A stretch of 62,217 nucleotides of DNA, counting the filler. It is 5 parts of 5 records of this genome, joined end to end, with 100 filler letters (N's around TTAATTAATTAA, not from the genome) between each part and the next. Parts side by side here need not be neighbours in the genome. Positions count along the whole stretch, not along the records: positions 1 to 13,996 come from DRR723986_24372; 4 more parts are not named here. The stretch is one strand, 5' to 3'. The notes under the pieces were generated by a model. That model was not told where the DNA came from and searched no databases. It saw only the letters and a list, made by a program, of their open reading frames with translations. Shown here in pieces: positions 1 to 11,860 of the stretch (position 1 is its first letter; each line of letters opens with the position of its first letter). Both the position numbers and the translations under genes were made by a program.

Positions 1-1063
1 CATCAAGCGCGTGATCGCCTATTCGACCTGTTCGCAGCTCGGGTACATGTTCGTTGCACTTGGCGTCGGCGCCTATTCGATCGGTATCTTCCACCTGTTT
101 ACCCACGCCTTCTTCAAGGCGCTGCTGTTCCTATGCGCCGGTTCGGTGATCCACGCCGTTTCCGACGAACAGGACATGCGCAAGATGGGGGGTCTTCGGA
201 AGCATATTCCGATTACCTACTGGACGATGATGATCGGAACACTGGCTCTGACGGGAGTGGGCATTCCATTCACCCATATCGGTTTCGCCGGCTTCATTTC
301 CAAGGATGCGATCATTGAGGCAGCCTTTGCCGGTTCGGTGGGTGAACACGCCAATCCGATGGCCCTCTACGGCTTCTGGATGACTGTTATCGCTGCTGCG
401 CTGACGTCGTTCTATTCCTGGCGCCTGACGTTCATGACCTTCCACGGCAAGCCGCGTGCGCCTGTCGATGTGATGAAACACGTACATGAATCTCCGCTGG
501 TGATGACCGTGCCTCTGTTCATCCTGTCCATCGGCGCTGTGCTGGCGGGCATGGTCTTCTACGGTTCGTTCTACGGCGAAGGTTATGCAGAGTTCTGGAA
601 GGGCGCACTGTTCAACAGTGAAACCAACCACATCCTGCATGCCATGCACGAAGTTCCTGGCTGGGTGAAGGTGTCCCCGTTCGTCATGATGGTGCTCGGC
701 TTCCTGGTTGCGTACCAGTTCTACATCCGCTCTCCGGAAATGCCGAAGCAGCTGGCGGAGCGCCATTCCGGCCTCTATCAGTTCCTGCTCAACAAGTGGT
801 ACTTCGACGAGCTTTATAACTTCATCTTTATCCGTCCTGCCATGTGGCTCGGCCGGGTCCTCTGGAAGAAGGGCGATGGCACCGTGATCGACGGGTTTGG
901 CCCGAACGGTGTTGCTTCCCGTGTTCAGAATGTGACCGCCTGGGTCGTCCGCCTGCAGACCGGATATCTCTATCACTATGCATTTGCGATGCTGATCGGT
1001 GTGGCTGCGCTTATCACCTGGTCGATGTTCACCGGTGCAGGCACCGGCGGGGGTGCACACTAA
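1..1063 (+). CDS. nuoL: NADH-quinone oxidoreductase subunit L, 5'-truncated
   Basis: [27 protein letters not shown] and NKWYFDELY motifs; upstream of nuoM. Confidence 0.97.
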   Translation, partial: IKRVIAYSTCSQLGYMFVALGVGAYSIGIFHLFTHAFFKALLFLCAGSVIHAVSDEQDMRKMGGLRKHIPITYWTMMIGTLALTGVGIPFTHIGFAGFISKDAIIEAAFAGSVGEHANPMALYGFWMTVIAAALTSFYSWRLTFMTFHGKPRAPVDVMKHVHESPLVMTVPLFILSIGAVLAGMVFYGSFYGEGYAEFWKGALFNSETNHILHAMHEVPGWVKVSPFVMMVLGFLVAYQFYIRSPEMPKQLAERHSGLYQFLLNKWYFDELYNFIFIRPAMWLGRVLWKKGDGTVIDGFGPNGVASRVQNVTAWVVRLQTGYLYHYAFAMLIGVAALITWSMFTGAGTGGGAH

Positions 1064-2589
1064 TGATTGACTGGCCAATTCTGTCACTCACGACGTTCTT
1101 GCCGCTGCTGGGCGTGCTCTTCATTCTTCTGGTTCCGGGGAATGACGAGGGCAGCAAGAAGAACATCCGGATGGTCGCTCTTGTGACCACCTCGGTGACC
1201 TTCCTTCTGTCGCTGTTCATCTGGGGCAATTTCGACTACGCCAATTCCGGCTTCCAGTTCGTGGAACACCGGGAATGGCTTGGAAGCAACATCAGCTACC
1301 GCATGGGCGTTGACGGTATTTCCGTCCTCTTCGTGATCCTCACGACCTTCCTGATGCCGTTCTGCATCCTGGCCTCCTGGGACAGCGTGCAGAAGCGGGT
1401 AAAGGAATACATGATTGCCTTCCTCGTTCTGGAAACGCTGATGATCGGCGTCTTCTGCGCGCTGGACCTGGTCGTGTTCTACGTGTTCTTCGAAGCTGGC
1501 CTCATTCCGATGTTCCTGATCATCGGTGTGTGGGGCGGTGCGCGCAGGGTCTATGCATCCTACAAGTTCTTCCTGTACACGCTGCTCGGCTCCGTGCTGA
1601 TGCTGATCGCGATCATGGCGATGTACTGGAACGCAGGCACCACCAACATTGAAGCGCTCCTGGCGCATCAGTTCCCGGGCGGGATGCAAACATGGCTGTG
1701 GCTGGCCTTCTTCGCGAGCTTTGCCGTGAAGATGCCAATGTGGCCGGTGCATACCTGGTTGCCGGACGCACACGTGGAAGCACCGACCGCCGGTTCCGTC
1801 ATTCTGGCGGGCGTGCTCCTGAAGCTCGGCGGCTACGGCTTCCTGCGCTTCTCTCTGCCGATGTTCCCGCTTGCATCCGACATGTTCGCACCCTTCGTGT
1901 TCACATTGTCTGTGGTTGCGATCATCTACACGTCGCTGGTGGCGCTTGCTCAGGAAGACATCAAGAAGCTGATCGCCTATTCATCGGTCGCACACATGGG
2001 CTACGTGACCATGGGCATCTTCACGATGACGGAGCAGGGTGTGCAGGGTGGTATCTTCCAGATGCTTTCCCACGGCATTGTTTCCGGTGCGCTTTTCCTT
2101 TGTGTCGGCGTTATCTACGACCGGATGCATACCCGCGAGATCGCTGCCTATGGCGGTCTGGTCAACCGGATGCCGAAGTATGCGGTTGCGTTCCTGATTT
2201 TCACCATGGCCAACGTCGGCCTGCCAGGCACCTCCGGGTTCGTTGGGGAAATCCTGACGCTGATGGGGGCATTCCAGGTCAATTCGTGGGTGGCGTTCTT
2301 TGCTACCACCGGTGTGATCCTGTCAGCTGCCTACGCGCTTTATCTCTATCGCCGTGTCGTCTTCGGCGCGCTGGAGAAGGAAAGCCTCAAGTCGATCCTC
2401 GACCTGAACCTCAGGGAAAAGGTTATCCTGATCCCCATGATCATCCTGACGATCTTCTTCGGCTTCTATCCGATGGCGATCCTGGATGTGACCCAGGGTG
2501 CGGTCGACAATCTCATCAATCAATACACCGCGGCGCTCGACGCGGCTGGCGTTGTCCAGCATGCAGCGTCTGCCGCGGCGGCCCACTAG
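1063..2589 (+). CDS. nuoM: NADH-quinone oxidoreductase subunit M
   Basis: [16 protein letters not shown] and [10 protein letters not shown] motifs; ATG overlaps the nuoL stop (TAATG). Confidence 0.97.
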   Translation: MIDWPILSLTTFLPLLGVLFILLVPGNDEGSKKNIRMVALVTTSVTFLLSLFIWGNFDYANSGFQFVEHREWLGSNISYRMGVDGISVLFVILTTFLMPFCILASWDSVQKRVKEYMIAFLVLETLMIGVFCALDLVVFYVFFEAGLIPMFLIIGVWGGARRVYASYKFFLYTLLGSVLMLIAIMAMYWNAGTTNIEALLAHQFPGGMQTWLWLAFFASFAVKMPMWPVHTWLPDAHVEAPTAGSVILAGVLLKLGGYGFLRFSLPMFPLASDMFAPFVFTLSVVAIIYTSLVALAQEDIKKLIAYSSVAHMGYVTMGIFTMTEQGVQGGIFQMLSHGIVSGALFLCVGVIYDRMHTREIAAYGGLVNRMPKYAVAFLIFTMANVGLPGTSGFVGEILTLMGAFQVNSWVAFFATTGVILSAAYALYLYRRVVFGALEKESLKSILDLNLREKVILIPMIILTIFFGFYPMAILDVTQGAVDNLINQYTAALDAAGVVQHAASAAAAH

Positions 2590-2611
2590 GTTTCGAGGAC
2601 GAGACAGAGCT

Positions 2612-4051
2612 ATGTCTGAATTGACCCTATTGCCAGATCTCAAGCCGGTTCTGCCGGAGATCATCCTGGCCCTCGGAGCCATGGTGCTGCTGATGATCGG
2701 CGCCTTCGGCGGCAAGCGCGTCAGCTACGCCGTCTTCGGTGGAGCAATGGGCCTGCTCGGCGGTACCTTCCTGGTGCTTCTGTTCGTGCCGGCCTTTGGT
2801 GAAACGTTCGGCGGTTCGTTCGTTCTGGACGATTTCGCCTACTTGCTCAAACTGCTGGTGCTGGCAGGTTCGTTCTTTGCCATCGCCATGTCCTGGGCCT
2901 ACGCCAAGAGCCAGTCCTTCGACCATTTCGAGTATCCGATCCTGATCGTTCTTGCGACACTCGGCATGATGCTGATGCTGTCGGCGAATGACATGATCGC
3001 ACTTTATCTCGGCCTGGAACTGCAGAGCCTTTCGCTCTACGTCGTTGCCGCCATCAACCGGGACAGCGTGCGCTCGACCGAAGCCGGCCTGAAATACTTC
3101 GTGCTGGGCGCGCTGTCGTCGGGCATGCTGCTCTATGGCATGTCGCTGGTTTACGGCTTCACCGGGCAGGTGGCCTTCGATGGTATCGCGGAATCGCTTT
3201 CCCACGATGGCGCTTCCATCGGACTGGTGATCGGCCTGACCTTCATTCTTGCCGGTCTTGCCTTCAAGATTTCCGCGGTTCCGTTCCACATGTGGACGCC
3301 AGATGTCTATGAAGGAGCGCCAACCCCGGTTACCGCATTCCTCGCCGCTGCACCGAAAGTTGCCGCTATGGGCATGCTGGTCCGGATCGTGATCGAGGCC
3401 TTCCAGCCGGTTACAAACGACTGGCAGCAGATCATCGTGTTCGTGTCGATCGCATCGATGGCACTCGGAGCCTTCGCGGCTATCGGTCAGCACAACCTGA
3501 AACGACTGATGGCCTATTCGTCCATCGGTCACATGGGCTACGCGCTGGTGGGTCTTGCTGCCGGCACACAGACAGGTGTCGAAGGCGTCATTTTCTACAT
3601 GATCGCCTACATGGGCATGACGCTTGGTGTCTTCGCCTGCATCCTGTCCATGCGCCGCAAGGATGGCATGGTCGAGGAGATCGGCGATCTGGCCGGGCTG
3701 TCCCAGACAAACCTGCCGATGGCAATCCTGCTGGGTCTGCTGATGTTCTCGCTCGCCGGTATTCCGCCGCTGGTCGGTTTCTTCGGCAAGTGGTACGTGT
3801 TCAGCGCGGCCGTCGAGGCCGGTCTCTTCCCGCTGGCCGTGATCGGCGTGGTCGCGTCGGTGGTAGGTGCCTACTACTACTTGCGGATCGTCAAGGTCAT
3901 GTTCTTCGACGAACCTGTTGAAGGTTTCGAGGCCATGCCGATGGAACTGCGCGTGGTTCTGGGCCTGTCGAGTGTTTTCGTGATCTTCTTCTGGCTGGCA
4001 CCGGGACAGATCGTCAGCGCGGCCAGCTCTGCTGCCCAGTCGCTGTTCTGA
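2612..4051 (+). CDS. nuoN: NADH-quinone oxidoreductase subunit N
   Basis: [11 protein letters not shown] and [14 protein letters not shown] motifs; GAGGA upstream of ATG 2612. Confidence 0.97.
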   Translation: MSELTLLPDLKPVLPEIILALGAMVLLMIGAFGGKRVSYAVFGGAMGLLGGTFLVLLFVPAFGETFGGSFVLDDFAYLLKLLVLAGSFFAIAMSWAYAKSQSFDHFEYPILIVLATLGMMLMLSANDMIALYLGLELQSLSLYVVAAINRDSVRSTEAGLKYFVLGALSSGMLLYGMSLVYGFTGQVAFDGIAESLSHDGASIGLVIGLTFILAGLAFKISAVPFHMWTPDVYEGAPTPVTAFLAAAPKVAAMGMLVRIVIEAFQPVTNDWQQIIVFVSIASMALGAFAAIGQHNLKRLMAYSSIGHMGYALVGLAAGTQTGVEGVIFYMIAYMGMTLGVFACILSMRRKDGMVEEIGDLAGLSQTNLPMAILLGLLMFSLAGIPPLVGFFGKWYVFSAAVEAGLFPLAVIGVVASVVGAYYYLRIVKVMFFDEPVEGFEAMPMELRVVLGLSSVFVIFFWLAPGQIVSAASSAAQSLF

Positions 4052-4059
4052 TCGACCGC

Positions 4060-4833
4060 ATGACAAGTTATGGACATGAACGTCCGGCGCCAGGTGCGCC
4101 GGACTTTCGCTTTGTGGAGCTGGAAACTGTCGGCTCCACGAATTCGCTGTGTTTCGACAAGGCACGGCAAGGGGACGCCGGTCATCTGTGGATCAGGGCA
4201 GACGAGCAGACCACAGGTCGTGGGCGCCGCGGGCGTGACTGGTCCTCACCGATAGGCAACATGTTCGCCAGCCTGCTTCTGATCGACCCAAAACCGGCTG
4301 AACGGATCGGCGAATTGCCGCTTGCTGCTGCCGTTGCATTGGCGGAAGCCGTTGACAAAGCCGCAGGTACACTGCAACTGGTAAGCCTGAAATGGCCAAA
4401 CGACCTGCTTGTAGAGGGCTCGAAACTGTCCGGCATCCTGCTGGAGGCTGAAACGCTTAACGATGGCCGGCAGGCAGTTGTCCTTGGTTTCGGTGTCAAT
4501 TGTGTTTCCCACCCGCCGTTGTCCTTGTATCAGGCGACGGATCTCAGGAGCCTGGGCTATCAGGTAACAGCTGAACGGTTGTTCGAATGTCTTGCGGAGA
4601 CGTTGGCGGACAACCTGTCTCGCTGGCAGCAACCCGGCGGCTTTGAAGGAATTCGCCGAGCCTGGCTGAAACGGGCGGCACATCTGGGCAAGACCATAAC
4701 GGTTCGGACTGCCCAGGAAGAAATTACCGGCACTTTTGCCGATTTGGACGCGCGCGGCCACCTGGTCCTGAAACAGGATGGTGGCGGTGAGCGAACGATT
4801 TATGCGGGTGATGTGTTTTTGCCTGGCGCTTGA
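4060..4833 (+). CDS. birA: Biotin--[acetyl-CoA-carboxylase] ligase
   Basis: STN, QTTGRGRRGRDWSSP, LKWPND and KLSGIL motifs; usual position after nuoN. Confidence 0.95.
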   Translation: MTSYGHERPAPGAPDFRFVELETVGSTNSLCFDKARQGDAGHLWIRADEQTTGRGRRGRDWSSPIGNMFASLLLIDPKPAERIGELPLAAAVALAEAVDKAAGTLQLVSLKWPNDLLVEGSKLSGILLEAETLNDGRQAVVLGFGVNCVSHPPLSLYQATDLRSLGYQVTAERLFECLAETLADNLSRWQQPGGFEGIRRAWLKRAAHLGKTITVRTAQEEITGTFADLDARGHLVLKQDGGGERTIYAGDVFLPGA

Positions 4834-4875
4834 GCGCCGGGCCGTTGCCCGATCTGACGTTTAAAGGAGCAATCC

Positions 4876-6561
4876 ATGGCTTCGGCCAAGAAAAACAACA
4901 ACAACAACGACATCGTGTTTCTGCCCCTGGGCGGGGTAGGCGAAATCGGCATGAACCTCGGTTTGTACGGCTATGGTCCGGAAGATGACCGGACATGGCT
5001 GATCGTCGACTGTGGTGTGAGTTTCGCCGGACCGGAGCTTCCGGGCATCGATGTAGTCGTTCCGGACATCAAGTTCCTGGAAGATGAAGTCGAGAATATC
5101 GCCGGCATGGTGATTACCCACGCACATGAAGACCATTACGGCGGGATCCTGCATCTGTGGCCCTTCCTGAAGGTACCGGTCTATGCAACGGCCTTCACTG
5201 CCGGTCTGCTCGCAGCCAAGACGGAAAGCGAGCCGGGAGCAGAAGAGGTTCCGGTGACGGTGGTGAAGCAGGGCGAGCGCCACAAGATTGGTCCGTTTGA
5301 TGTCGAATTTGTTGCGATGGCGCACTCCATTCCGGAGCCCTGCGCGCTGGCGATCCGCACGCCTGCCGGCATGGTGCTGCATACCGGCGACTGGAAGATC
5401 GACAGGACGCCTGGCGTCGGCCTTCCCATTGATCTGGACCGCCTTGCCGAGCTCGGCCGGGAAGGGGTGATGGCGCTTGTCTGTGACAGTACCAATGCAA
5501 TTCGTGACGGTGTCAGCCCCAGCGAGGCAGATGTTGCTGTCGAGCTGAAAAAAGTTATGGCAAAGGCCAGCAAGCGAATTGCGGTCACCACCTTTGCATC
5601 CAACGTCGCGCGCATTCGGGCGATTGCGGAAGCAGCCGCCGCGAACGACCGCGACATGGTGATTGTCGGCCGCTCGATGCACCGGGTGATCGAGGTTGCC
5701 GGAGAGCTTGGCTATCTGGATGGACTGAAGCCGTTTCACGATGAAGAGGCCTATGGCTATCTGCCGCGGGAAAAGACCGTGCTTTTGTGCACGGGATCGC
5801 AAGGCGAAGCCCGCGCTGCCCTCGCCAGGATCGCAGCCGGCGACCATCGCAACATCGCGCTGTCAAAGGGCGATATGGTGATCTTTTCTTCGCGCACGAT
5901 CCCCGGCAACGAGAAAGCCGTTGGTGAGGTGCTGAACAACCTTGCCGACAAGGATGTCGACATCATCACCGACCGTGACGCTCTTGTGCATGTGTCCGGT
6001 CACCCGCGCAGGGGTGAGCTGGAGCAGCTTTACAAACTGGTCCAGCCGAAAGTCGTGCTTCCCGTCCACGGGGAACCGTTGCATCTTGCCGCCCACGCTG
6101 CGTTCGCAAAGGACCTCGGGGTGCCTGAAGTGGTGCGCGGCAAGAACGGGGACATCATCCGCCTGAGTGCGGGGCGTGCCGGCATCATCGACGAGGCGCC
6201 GTCAGGCATCTTGGTGAAAGACGGCGATATCCTGGACGATCCGGAAGTCACCGGCGTCAAGGAACGGCGCAAGCTTTCGTTTGCGGGCGCTGCGGTGATC
6301 GCGCTGGTGGTCAACCGATCCGGGGAGCTGCTGGACGACCCCAATGTTGTCCTGTTGGGCTTGCCGGACACGGATGATGAAGGTGATCCGATGGAGGACA
6401 TCGTCATCAAGGCTGTCAGGGGCGCTGTTACCAGCATCCCGAAGAACCGGCGCAAGGACAAGGATCTGGTTGCGGAGGCTGCGCGCCGTGCAGCCCGGTC
6501 CGAGATCCTGAACGTCTGGGGCAAAAAGACGCTCTGCAAGGTGATGGTGACCCAACTATAG
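4876..6561 (+). CDS. rnj: Ribonuclease J
   Basis: LGGVGEIGMN, ITHAHEDH, HTGDWK and HVSGH metallo-beta-lactamase/beta-CASP motifs. Confidence 0.95.
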   Translation: MASAKKNNNNNDIVFLPLGGVGEIGMNLGLYGYGPEDDRTWLIVDCGVSFAGPELPGIDVVVPDIKFLEDEVENIAGMVITHAHEDHYGGILHLWPFLKVPVYATAFTAGLLAAKTESEPGAEEVPVTVVKQGERHKIGPFDVEFVAMAHSIPEPCALAIRTPAGMVLHTGDWKIDRTPGVGLPIDLDRLAELGREGVMALVCDSTNAIRDGVSPSEADVAVELKKVMAKASKRIAVTTFASNVARIRAIAEAAAANDRDMVIVGRSMHRVIEVAGELGYLDGLKPFHDEEAYGYLPREKTVLLCTGSQGEARAALARIAAGDHRNIALSKGDMVIFSSRTIPGNEKAVGEVLNNLADKDVDIITDRDALVHVSGHPRRGELEQLYKLVQPKVVLPVHGEPLHLAAHAAFAKDLGVPEVVRGKNGDIIRLSAGRAGIIDEAPSGILVKDGDILDDPEVTGVKERRKLSFAGAAVIALVVNRSGELLDDPNVVLLGLPDTDDEGDPMEDIVIKAVRGAVTSIPKNRRKDKDLVAEAARRAARSEILNVWGKKTLCKVMVTQL

Positions 6562-6605
6562 TCATCACGGCGGCCTGAGTGGCCGCTGACAGCGGAGGTT
6601 TGCAA

Positions 6606-7010
6606 ATGATCGGTCGGCTCAATCACGTCGCTATTGCGGTTTCGGATATCGAGGCAGCAACGGCAGTCTACCGGGACACTCTCGGTGCAGAGGTTTCAGC
6701 CAGGGAAGAGCAGCCGGATCACGGCGTCAGCACGGTGTTCATCAACTTGCCGAACACCAAGATCGAGCTGCTTGAGCCGCTTGGCGAGAATTCTCCCATT
6801 GCAAAGTTCCTGGAAAAGAACCCCTCAGGTGGCATTCACCACGTTTGCTACGAGGTCGATGACATTATTGCCGCGCGCGACAAGCTGCTGGCAGATGGTG
6901 CCCGGGTACTCGGCGACGGTGAACCGAAGATAGGGGCGCATGGCAAACCTGTGCTGTTCCTGCATCCCAAGGACTTTCTCGGTACCTTGACCGAACTTGA
7001 AGAGGCTTAA
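6606..7010 (+). CDS. mce: Methylmalonyl-CoA epimerase
   Basis: LNHVAIAV, GGIHHVCYEV and GAHGKPVLFLHPKD motifs; GGAGG RBS. Confidence 0.95.
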   Translation: MIGRLNHVAIAVSDIEAATAVYRDTLGAEVSAREEQPDHGVSTVFINLPNTKIELLEPLGENSPIAKFLEKNPSGGIHHVCYEVDDIIAARDKLLADGARVLGDGEPKIGAHGKPVLFLHPKDFLGTLTELEEA

Positions 7011-7013
7011 TTC

Positions 7014-7304
7014 ATGTCCATCGCGTTTGGCATGGCCATCTATTTCATGCTCTGGTGGATCATTCTGTTTGCCATCCTGCCGTTCGGCATGCGCCGGACG
7101 CAGGAGGAAGCAGGCGAGGTTGTACCAGGAACCGAGCCAAGCGCTCCCGAGCAGCCGCGATTCCGTCGGGTAATCATCCTGACCACCATCGTGACCACTG
7201 TGGTTTTTGCCGGATACCTCGGTATGCGCAACTCGGGATTCGGGCTGGACGACATTCCGTTCCTCAACCCGCCAACCGGCAGCTACAGTCACCCGTCCAA
7301 CTGA
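7014..7304 (+). CDS. DUF1467 family membrane protein
   Basis: YFMLWWIILFAILPFG and VVPGTEPSAP pattern; usual neighbour of mce. Confidence 0.85.
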   Translation: MSIAFGMAIYFMLWWIILFAILPFGMRRTQEEAGEVVPGTEPSAPEQPRFRRVIILTTIVTTVVFAGYLGMRNSGFGLDDIPFLNPPTGSYSHPSN

Positions 7305-7387
7305 CGGGTGTGCCTCCCGGGGCATATTTGTTCGGATCTCACGACAAGTGCGCCCGGTTGCAAGAAAACTGACGCTATTCCGCAAAG

Positions 7388-7415
7388 AAAAAAGGCAGAG
7401 CCAAGCTCTGCCTTT
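7388..7415 (-). terminator. Rho-independent terminator
   Basis: AAAGGCAGAGC-caa-GCTCTGCCTTT stem with a U-tract on the minus strand. Confidence 0.8.
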
Positions 7416-7583
7416 GTAAAGTTCCGCGTCTAAATTCGACCCTGTACCCTTACCGTCCGGTATTCCCGTACAGCTGGGCGGCTGCAAACCAAAAGGTGCG
7501 CCTGAGGGTCCTTCCTCCCAAGACTCAGACCGCGATGTCCTTGAGCCTCTTGGCATTTCTGCCAAGGCATCTTTTTGTTATGA
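7388..7583 (-). ncRNA. Probable sRNA at the ar9/Smr9C-type position between DUF1467 and proS
   Basis: Minus-strand GTGACA-N17-TAGTTT promoter-like element (7618-7590), several hairpins and a terminal hairpin with U-tract; ends approximate. Confidence 0.55.
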
Positions 7584-7865
7584 AGATGGAAACTAGCGGA
7601 TTGATTCAGCCTTGTCACCTATTTGTCGTGCACAGGCTATTTTTTTTGCTTGCCTATTTCCTTGGCGGTAATTGGTACTAAGACCTTAGTTCTGAAGCCG
7701 GCAAAAAATTAGGCGGCAAACTTCAGCAAATACCTGCATTTGCGCGCTATTTTGCCGTCATTTCTGTATAAGGCAGGCATGCCTGCGCAAAGGGCTTGTA
7801 TTTGGTGGCTGCTTGCGCTTTGACTGCGCACAAAACAGGCGATGCCCAAGATTGAGAGAACATTC

Positions 7866-9194
7866 ATGCGTCTTTCCCGTTACTTTCTGCCCATTCTGAA
7901 AGAAACACCCAAGGAAGCGGAAATCGTGTCCCACCGGCTGATGCTGCGTGCCGGCATGATTCGTCAGCAGTCCGCCGGAATCTATTCCTGGTTGCCACTT
8001 GGGTTGAAGGTCCTGCGCAAGATCGAACGGATCGTGGAAGAAGAACAGGCCAGGGCAGGCGCGATCCAGTTGCTGATGCCGACCATCCAGTCAGCCGATC
8101 TGTGGCGTGAGAGTGGCCGGTATGATGCCTATGGCAAGGAGATGCTGCGCATCACCGACCGTCATGAGCGGGACATGCTGTTTGGGCCGACAAACGAGGA
8201 GATGATCACCGACATCTTCCGTGGCTACGTGCGATCCTACAAGGACCTGCCGCTGAACCTCTATCACATCCAGTGGAAGTTCCGTGACGAGGTGCGTCCG
8301 CGCTTTGGTGTCATGCGCGGCCGGGAGTTCCTGATGAAGGATGCCTATTCCTTCGATCTGGACAAGGAATCGGCCCGCCACGCCTATAACCGGATGTTTG
8401 TCGCCTACCTGCGCACATTCGCCCGCATGGGGCTGAAGGCGATCCCGATGAAAGCCGACACTGGCCCGATCGGCGGCGACATGAGCCACGAGTTCATCAT
8501 TCTTGCCGACACTGGCGAAAGCGAAGTCTTCTGCGACAAGTCGTTGTTGGAGCTGCCGACGCCTGCGGAAGATACGGACTTCTCCTCCGACCTGACGCCG
8601 ATCGTGACCGAATGGACGACGCCCTACGCGGCAACGGATGAAATGCACGACGAAGCCGCCTTCGGTGCGCTGGCTGAAGACATCCGCGTTTCGGCGCGTG
8701 GTATCGAAGTCGGTCATATCTTCTATTTCGGTACCAAGTACTCCGATGCGATGGGGGCCAAGGTTGCGACTGCAGAAGGCACGGAAGTGCCGGTCCACAT
8801 GGGCTCCTACGGTGTCGGCGTTTCACGCCTTCTTGGCGCCTTGATCGAAGCCAATCATGACGAAAATGGAATCGTCTGGCCGAAATCCGTCGCGCCGTTC
8901 CATGTCGGGCTGGTCAATCTGAAGCCGGGTGACGACCTGACGGATCCGGTGTGTGAAGATCTCTATGCCAAGTTTGAAGCTGCCGGCATCGAGGTTCTTT
9001 ACGACGATACGGACACCCGGGCCGGTGCCAAGTTTGCGACGATGGATCTGATTGGCTTGCCGTTCCAGGTCGTTGCCGGGCCGCGTGGACTGAAAGACGG
9101 CTTGCTGGAAGTCAAGGACCGGGCAACTGGGGAAAAGGAAATGCTTTCTCCGGAAGCCACCTTGAACAAGCTGACGGCGGCATTGACGGACTAA
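7866..9194 (+). CDS. proS: Proline--tRNA ligase (short alphaproteobacterial form)
   Basis: [28 protein letters not shown] and GIEVGHIF motifs. Confidence 0.97.
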   Translation: MRLSRYFLPILKETPKEAEIVSHRLMLRAGMIRQQSAGIYSWLPLGLKVLRKIERIVEEEQARAGAIQLLMPTIQSADLWRESGRYDAYGKEMLRITDRHERDMLFGPTNEEMITDIFRGYVRSYKDLPLNLYHIQWKFRDEVRPRFGVMRGREFLMKDAYSFDLDKESARHAYNRMFVAYLRTFARMGLKAIPMKADTGPIGGDMSHEFIILADTGESEVFCDKSLLELPTPAEDTDFSSDLTPIVTEWTTPYAATDEMHDEAAFGALAEDIRVSARGIEVGHIFYFGTKYSDAMGAKVATAEGTEVPVHMGSYGVGVSRLLGALIEANHDENGIVWPKSVAPFHVGLVNLKPGDDLTDPVCEDLYAKFEAAGIEVLYDDTDTRAGAKFATMDLIGLPFQVVAGPRGLKDGLLEVKDRATGEKEMLSPEATLNKLTAALTD

Positions 9195-9318
9195 CCAAGT
9201 CCGGTGATCCTCTGTGTGGGGATTCGGTCGCGGCGTCTGCTGCGGCCAGCCGGCCTGCCGGAAATATTTCGGTAGGTGGGCTGTGCTGAATTTGGGGCTG
9301 TGCTGAACTGGATGGACA

Positions 9319-10623
9319 ATGACAGCGGTAGATACGGCGGACATTGACGACGGTCGCAAACCGGCAGCCCCGACACGCGCCTTTTCCGCATTCGAATGGA
9401 TGATTGCAGGGCGCTACCTGCGATCAAGGCGCCGTGAAACCTTCATATCCGTCATTGCAGGCTTTTCCTTTGCTGGCATCATGCTTGGCGTGGCAACGCT
9501 GATCATCGTGATGGCAGTGATGAACGGGTTCCGGACCGAGCTTCTCGGCAAGATCCTGGGCATCAACGGTCATATGCTGGTTCAGCCGATCGACCAGCCA
9601 CTGACGGACTATGATGCGGTTTCCGCCCGGTTGCAGGGTGTGCCGGATGTGGTCAGTGCGATGCCTTTCGTGGAAGGCCAGGCGCTGGTTTCCGGACCTG
9701 CAGGGAATTTCGGAGCGCTCGTTCGCGGCCTTTACGAAAGCGATCTGCGCCGTGTGCCGCTTATCGCGAACAATGTGCGGGCCGGAACCCTTGACGGGTT
9801 CGACGAGGGCGAGGGGGTTGCCATCGGTTCGCGCATGGCGCAACAGCTCGGCATCACCCTTGGTGACAATGTCACCATTATCTCACCGCGTGGTAGTGTG
9901 ACCCCCATGGGCGTTACCCCGCGGTTGAAGGCTTATCCGGTCACCGCCATTTTCGAAATCGGCATGAGTGAATACGACGCGACCTTCCTGTTCATGCCAC
10001 TGGAAGAGGCGCAGGCCTATTTCAACATGGATACCAAGGCGACCGGTATCGAAGTTTATGTAGCTGACCCCGACAGGGTCGGTATCATGAAGGACACGAT
10101 CGAGGAGGCCGCGGATCGGCCGGCTTTCGTAACCGACTGGCGCCAGCGCAATGTCACCTTCTTTGCAGCCCTTGAGGTGGAGCGGAACGTGATGTTCATC
10201 ATCCTGACGCTGATCGTCCTGGTTGCGGCGCTCAATATCGTTTCCGGCATGATCATGCTGGTAAAGGACAAGGGCAAGGACATCGCGATTTTGAGGACCA
10301 TGGGCGCGACGCGTGGGTCGATTATGCGGATCTTCCTGATCACAGGCGCCAGCATCGGCTTCGTCGGTACATTCGCCGGCTTCTTCCTCGGACTTTTGGT
10401 CTGCCTGAACATCGAGAGCATCCGTCAATTCGTTTCCTGGCTTACCAGGACGGAACTGTTCGATCCGACGCTCTACTTCTTGTCACAGCTGCCCGCGGAG
10501 ATTGACTCCGGAGAGACGATAACAGTGCTTGTCATGGCGCTTGCGTTGTCACTGCTGGCGACGGTCTATCCTGCGTGGCGGGCTGCGCGGCTCGATCCCG
10601 TTGAAGCCCTCAGATATGAATAG
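9319..10623 (+). CDS. lolE: Lipoprotein-releasing ABC transporter permease (LolC/E family)
   Basis: [25 protein letters not shown] and [18 protein letters not shown] motifs. Confidence 0.93.
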   Translation: MTAVDTADIDDGRKPAAPTRAFSAFEWMIAGRYLRSRRRETFISVIAGFSFAGIMLGVATLIIVMAVMNGFRTELLGKILGINGHMLVQPIDQPLTDYDAVSARLQGVPDVVSAMPFVEGQALVSGPAGNFGALVRGLYESDLRRVPLIANNVRAGTLDGFDEGEGVAIGSRMAQQLGITLGDNVTIISPRGSVTPMGVTPRLKAYPVTAIFEIGMSEYDATFLFMPLEEAQAYFNMDTKATGIEVYVADPDRVGIMKDTIEEAADRPAFVTDWRQRNVTFFAALEVERNVMFIILTLIVLVAALNIVSGMIMLVKDKGKDIAILRTMGATRGSIMRIFLITGASIGFVGTFAGFFLGLLVCLNIESIRQFVSWLTRTELFDPTLYFLSQLPAEIDSGETITVLVMALALSLLATVYPAWRAARLDPVEALRYE

Positions 10624-10634
10624 GGAGACGGGAG

Positions 10635-11351
10635 ATGAACATGGCCGTTGACCCCAACCAGGCACCGGGACTGGCGCTCGCCGCCCTGCAATTGTCTGGC
10701 ATTACCCGCAGTTTCGACGAGGGTAATCGCGAACTTCATATCCTGAACGGCGCCGATCTGCGCATCGAGGCCGGTGAGATGGTTGCCCTGGTGGCGCCTT
10801 CCGGAACCGGCAAATCGACCCTCTTGCATATTGCCGGTTTGCTGGAGCGCCCGGACGAGGGCGATGTCTTCCTCGGACCGGTCAACTGTTCGGATCTGTC
10901 GGATGATGAGCGCACGGCCATCCGGCGTAACGACATCGGGTTCGTCTATCAGTTTCATCACCTGCTGCCGGAGTTTACCGCGCAGGAAAACGTGATGATG
11001 CCGCAGATGATCCGTGGCTTGCCGCGAAAGATGGCAGCGGAGAGAGCAGACGAACTTTTGAAATACATGCGTCTCGGTGAGCGTGGCAGCCATCGCCCTT
11101 CGGAGCTTTCGGGCGGGGAGCAGCAGCGCGTTGCCGTTGCCCGTGCGGTTGCGAATGCGCCTCGTATCCTTCTTCTGGATGAACCGACGGGAAATCTGGA
11201 CCCCAACACTGCAGGCTATGTATTCGACGCCTTGCAGGCATTGGTGCGGGCGTCCGGTGTTGCGACGCTGTTCGCAACTCACAACCTGGAACTGGCGGGC
11301 CGGATGGACAGGGCAATAACGCTGTCCGAAGGCCTGGTCAGGGACCTCTAG
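10635..11351 (+). CDS. lolD: Lipoprotein-releasing ABC transporter ATPase
   Basis: [27 protein letters not shown] and DEPTGNLD motifs. Confidence 0.93.
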   Translation: MNMAVDPNQAPGLALAALQLSGITRSFDEGNRELHILNGADLRIEAGEMVALVAPSGTGKSTLLHIAGLLERPDEGDVFLGPVNCSDLSDDERTAIRRNDIGFVYQFHHLLPEFTAQENVMMPQMIRGLPRKMAAERADELLKYMRLGERGSHRPSELSGGEQQRVAVARAVANAPRILLLDEPTGNLDPNTAGYVFDALQALVRASGVATLFATHNLELAGRMDRAITLSEGLVRDL

Positions 11352-11510
11352 ATTTTTCCGGTAAGATATTTCAAGCCAGAAAATTGCTTCTAACCCGTGT
11401 GGCCGGGCTCCTCAGAGCCGCGATTTCCCAGAAGAACAAAGCAAAAACCCAAAGTTTTCAGCAAATTTGATTTGCTTGATGACAAGGGGAACAAAAAGGG
11501 CTTGCAATAG

Positions 11511-11525
11511 GAACAAAAATAGAAC
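11511..11525 (+). promoter_or_regulatory. Alphaproteobacterial LexA (SOS) box
   Basis: GAAC-aaaaata-GAAC, a perfect GAAC-N7-GAAC, just after a CTTGCA -35-like hexamer. Confidence 0.85.
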
Positions 11526-11564
11526 ATCATCCAGTTACGCAATTAGCAACGGTTGGAGGATGTG

Positions 11565-11663
11565 ATGATCCATATCGCTCGTGATTTTGCCGCTTTCGGT
11601 GCAATGGTTTGCTTCTGCACGACGCTTGCCGTCTGGGGCGACGTGCTTCTGTCCGTCGGCTGA
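11565..11663 (+). CDS. sidA: 32-aa SOS-induced membrane peptide, SidA-like division inhibitor
   Basis: GGAGGA RBS; MIHIARDFAAFGAMVCFCTTLAVWGDVLLSVG; LexA box upstream; directly before dnaE, as recalled for Caulobacter sidA. Confidence 0.7.
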   Translation: MIHIARDFAAFGAMVCFCTTLAVWGDVLLSVG

Positions 11664-11860
11664 TCAATCTCTGCTGAACGGTCGTTGTTTCGGCAAATGG
11701 TGCCAGTGCGTTTTTTGAGTTCCTCGACTCAGTCCGCTGCGGTGTGATGCGAAGTCAGGATTACAAAGAACAGCGGTAACAACTCCTTCGGCGTCTCGAC
11801 ACGCTATTCCGAACACGCTTCACTTGAGCGCTGATTCTGGAAGATGTTATGAGAGCCGCC

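Noticed and set aside
2627-4165. 512-aa antisense ORF over nuoN, and similar ones over rnj, proS, dnaE and cpaF
   Set aside because: Shadow ORFs expected from GC-rich codon usage opposite well-supported genes.
4891-4910. (AAC)n run at the start of rnj as a phase-variation tract
   Set aside because: In-frame triplet repeat encoding a short poly-Asn; slippage would not shift the frame.
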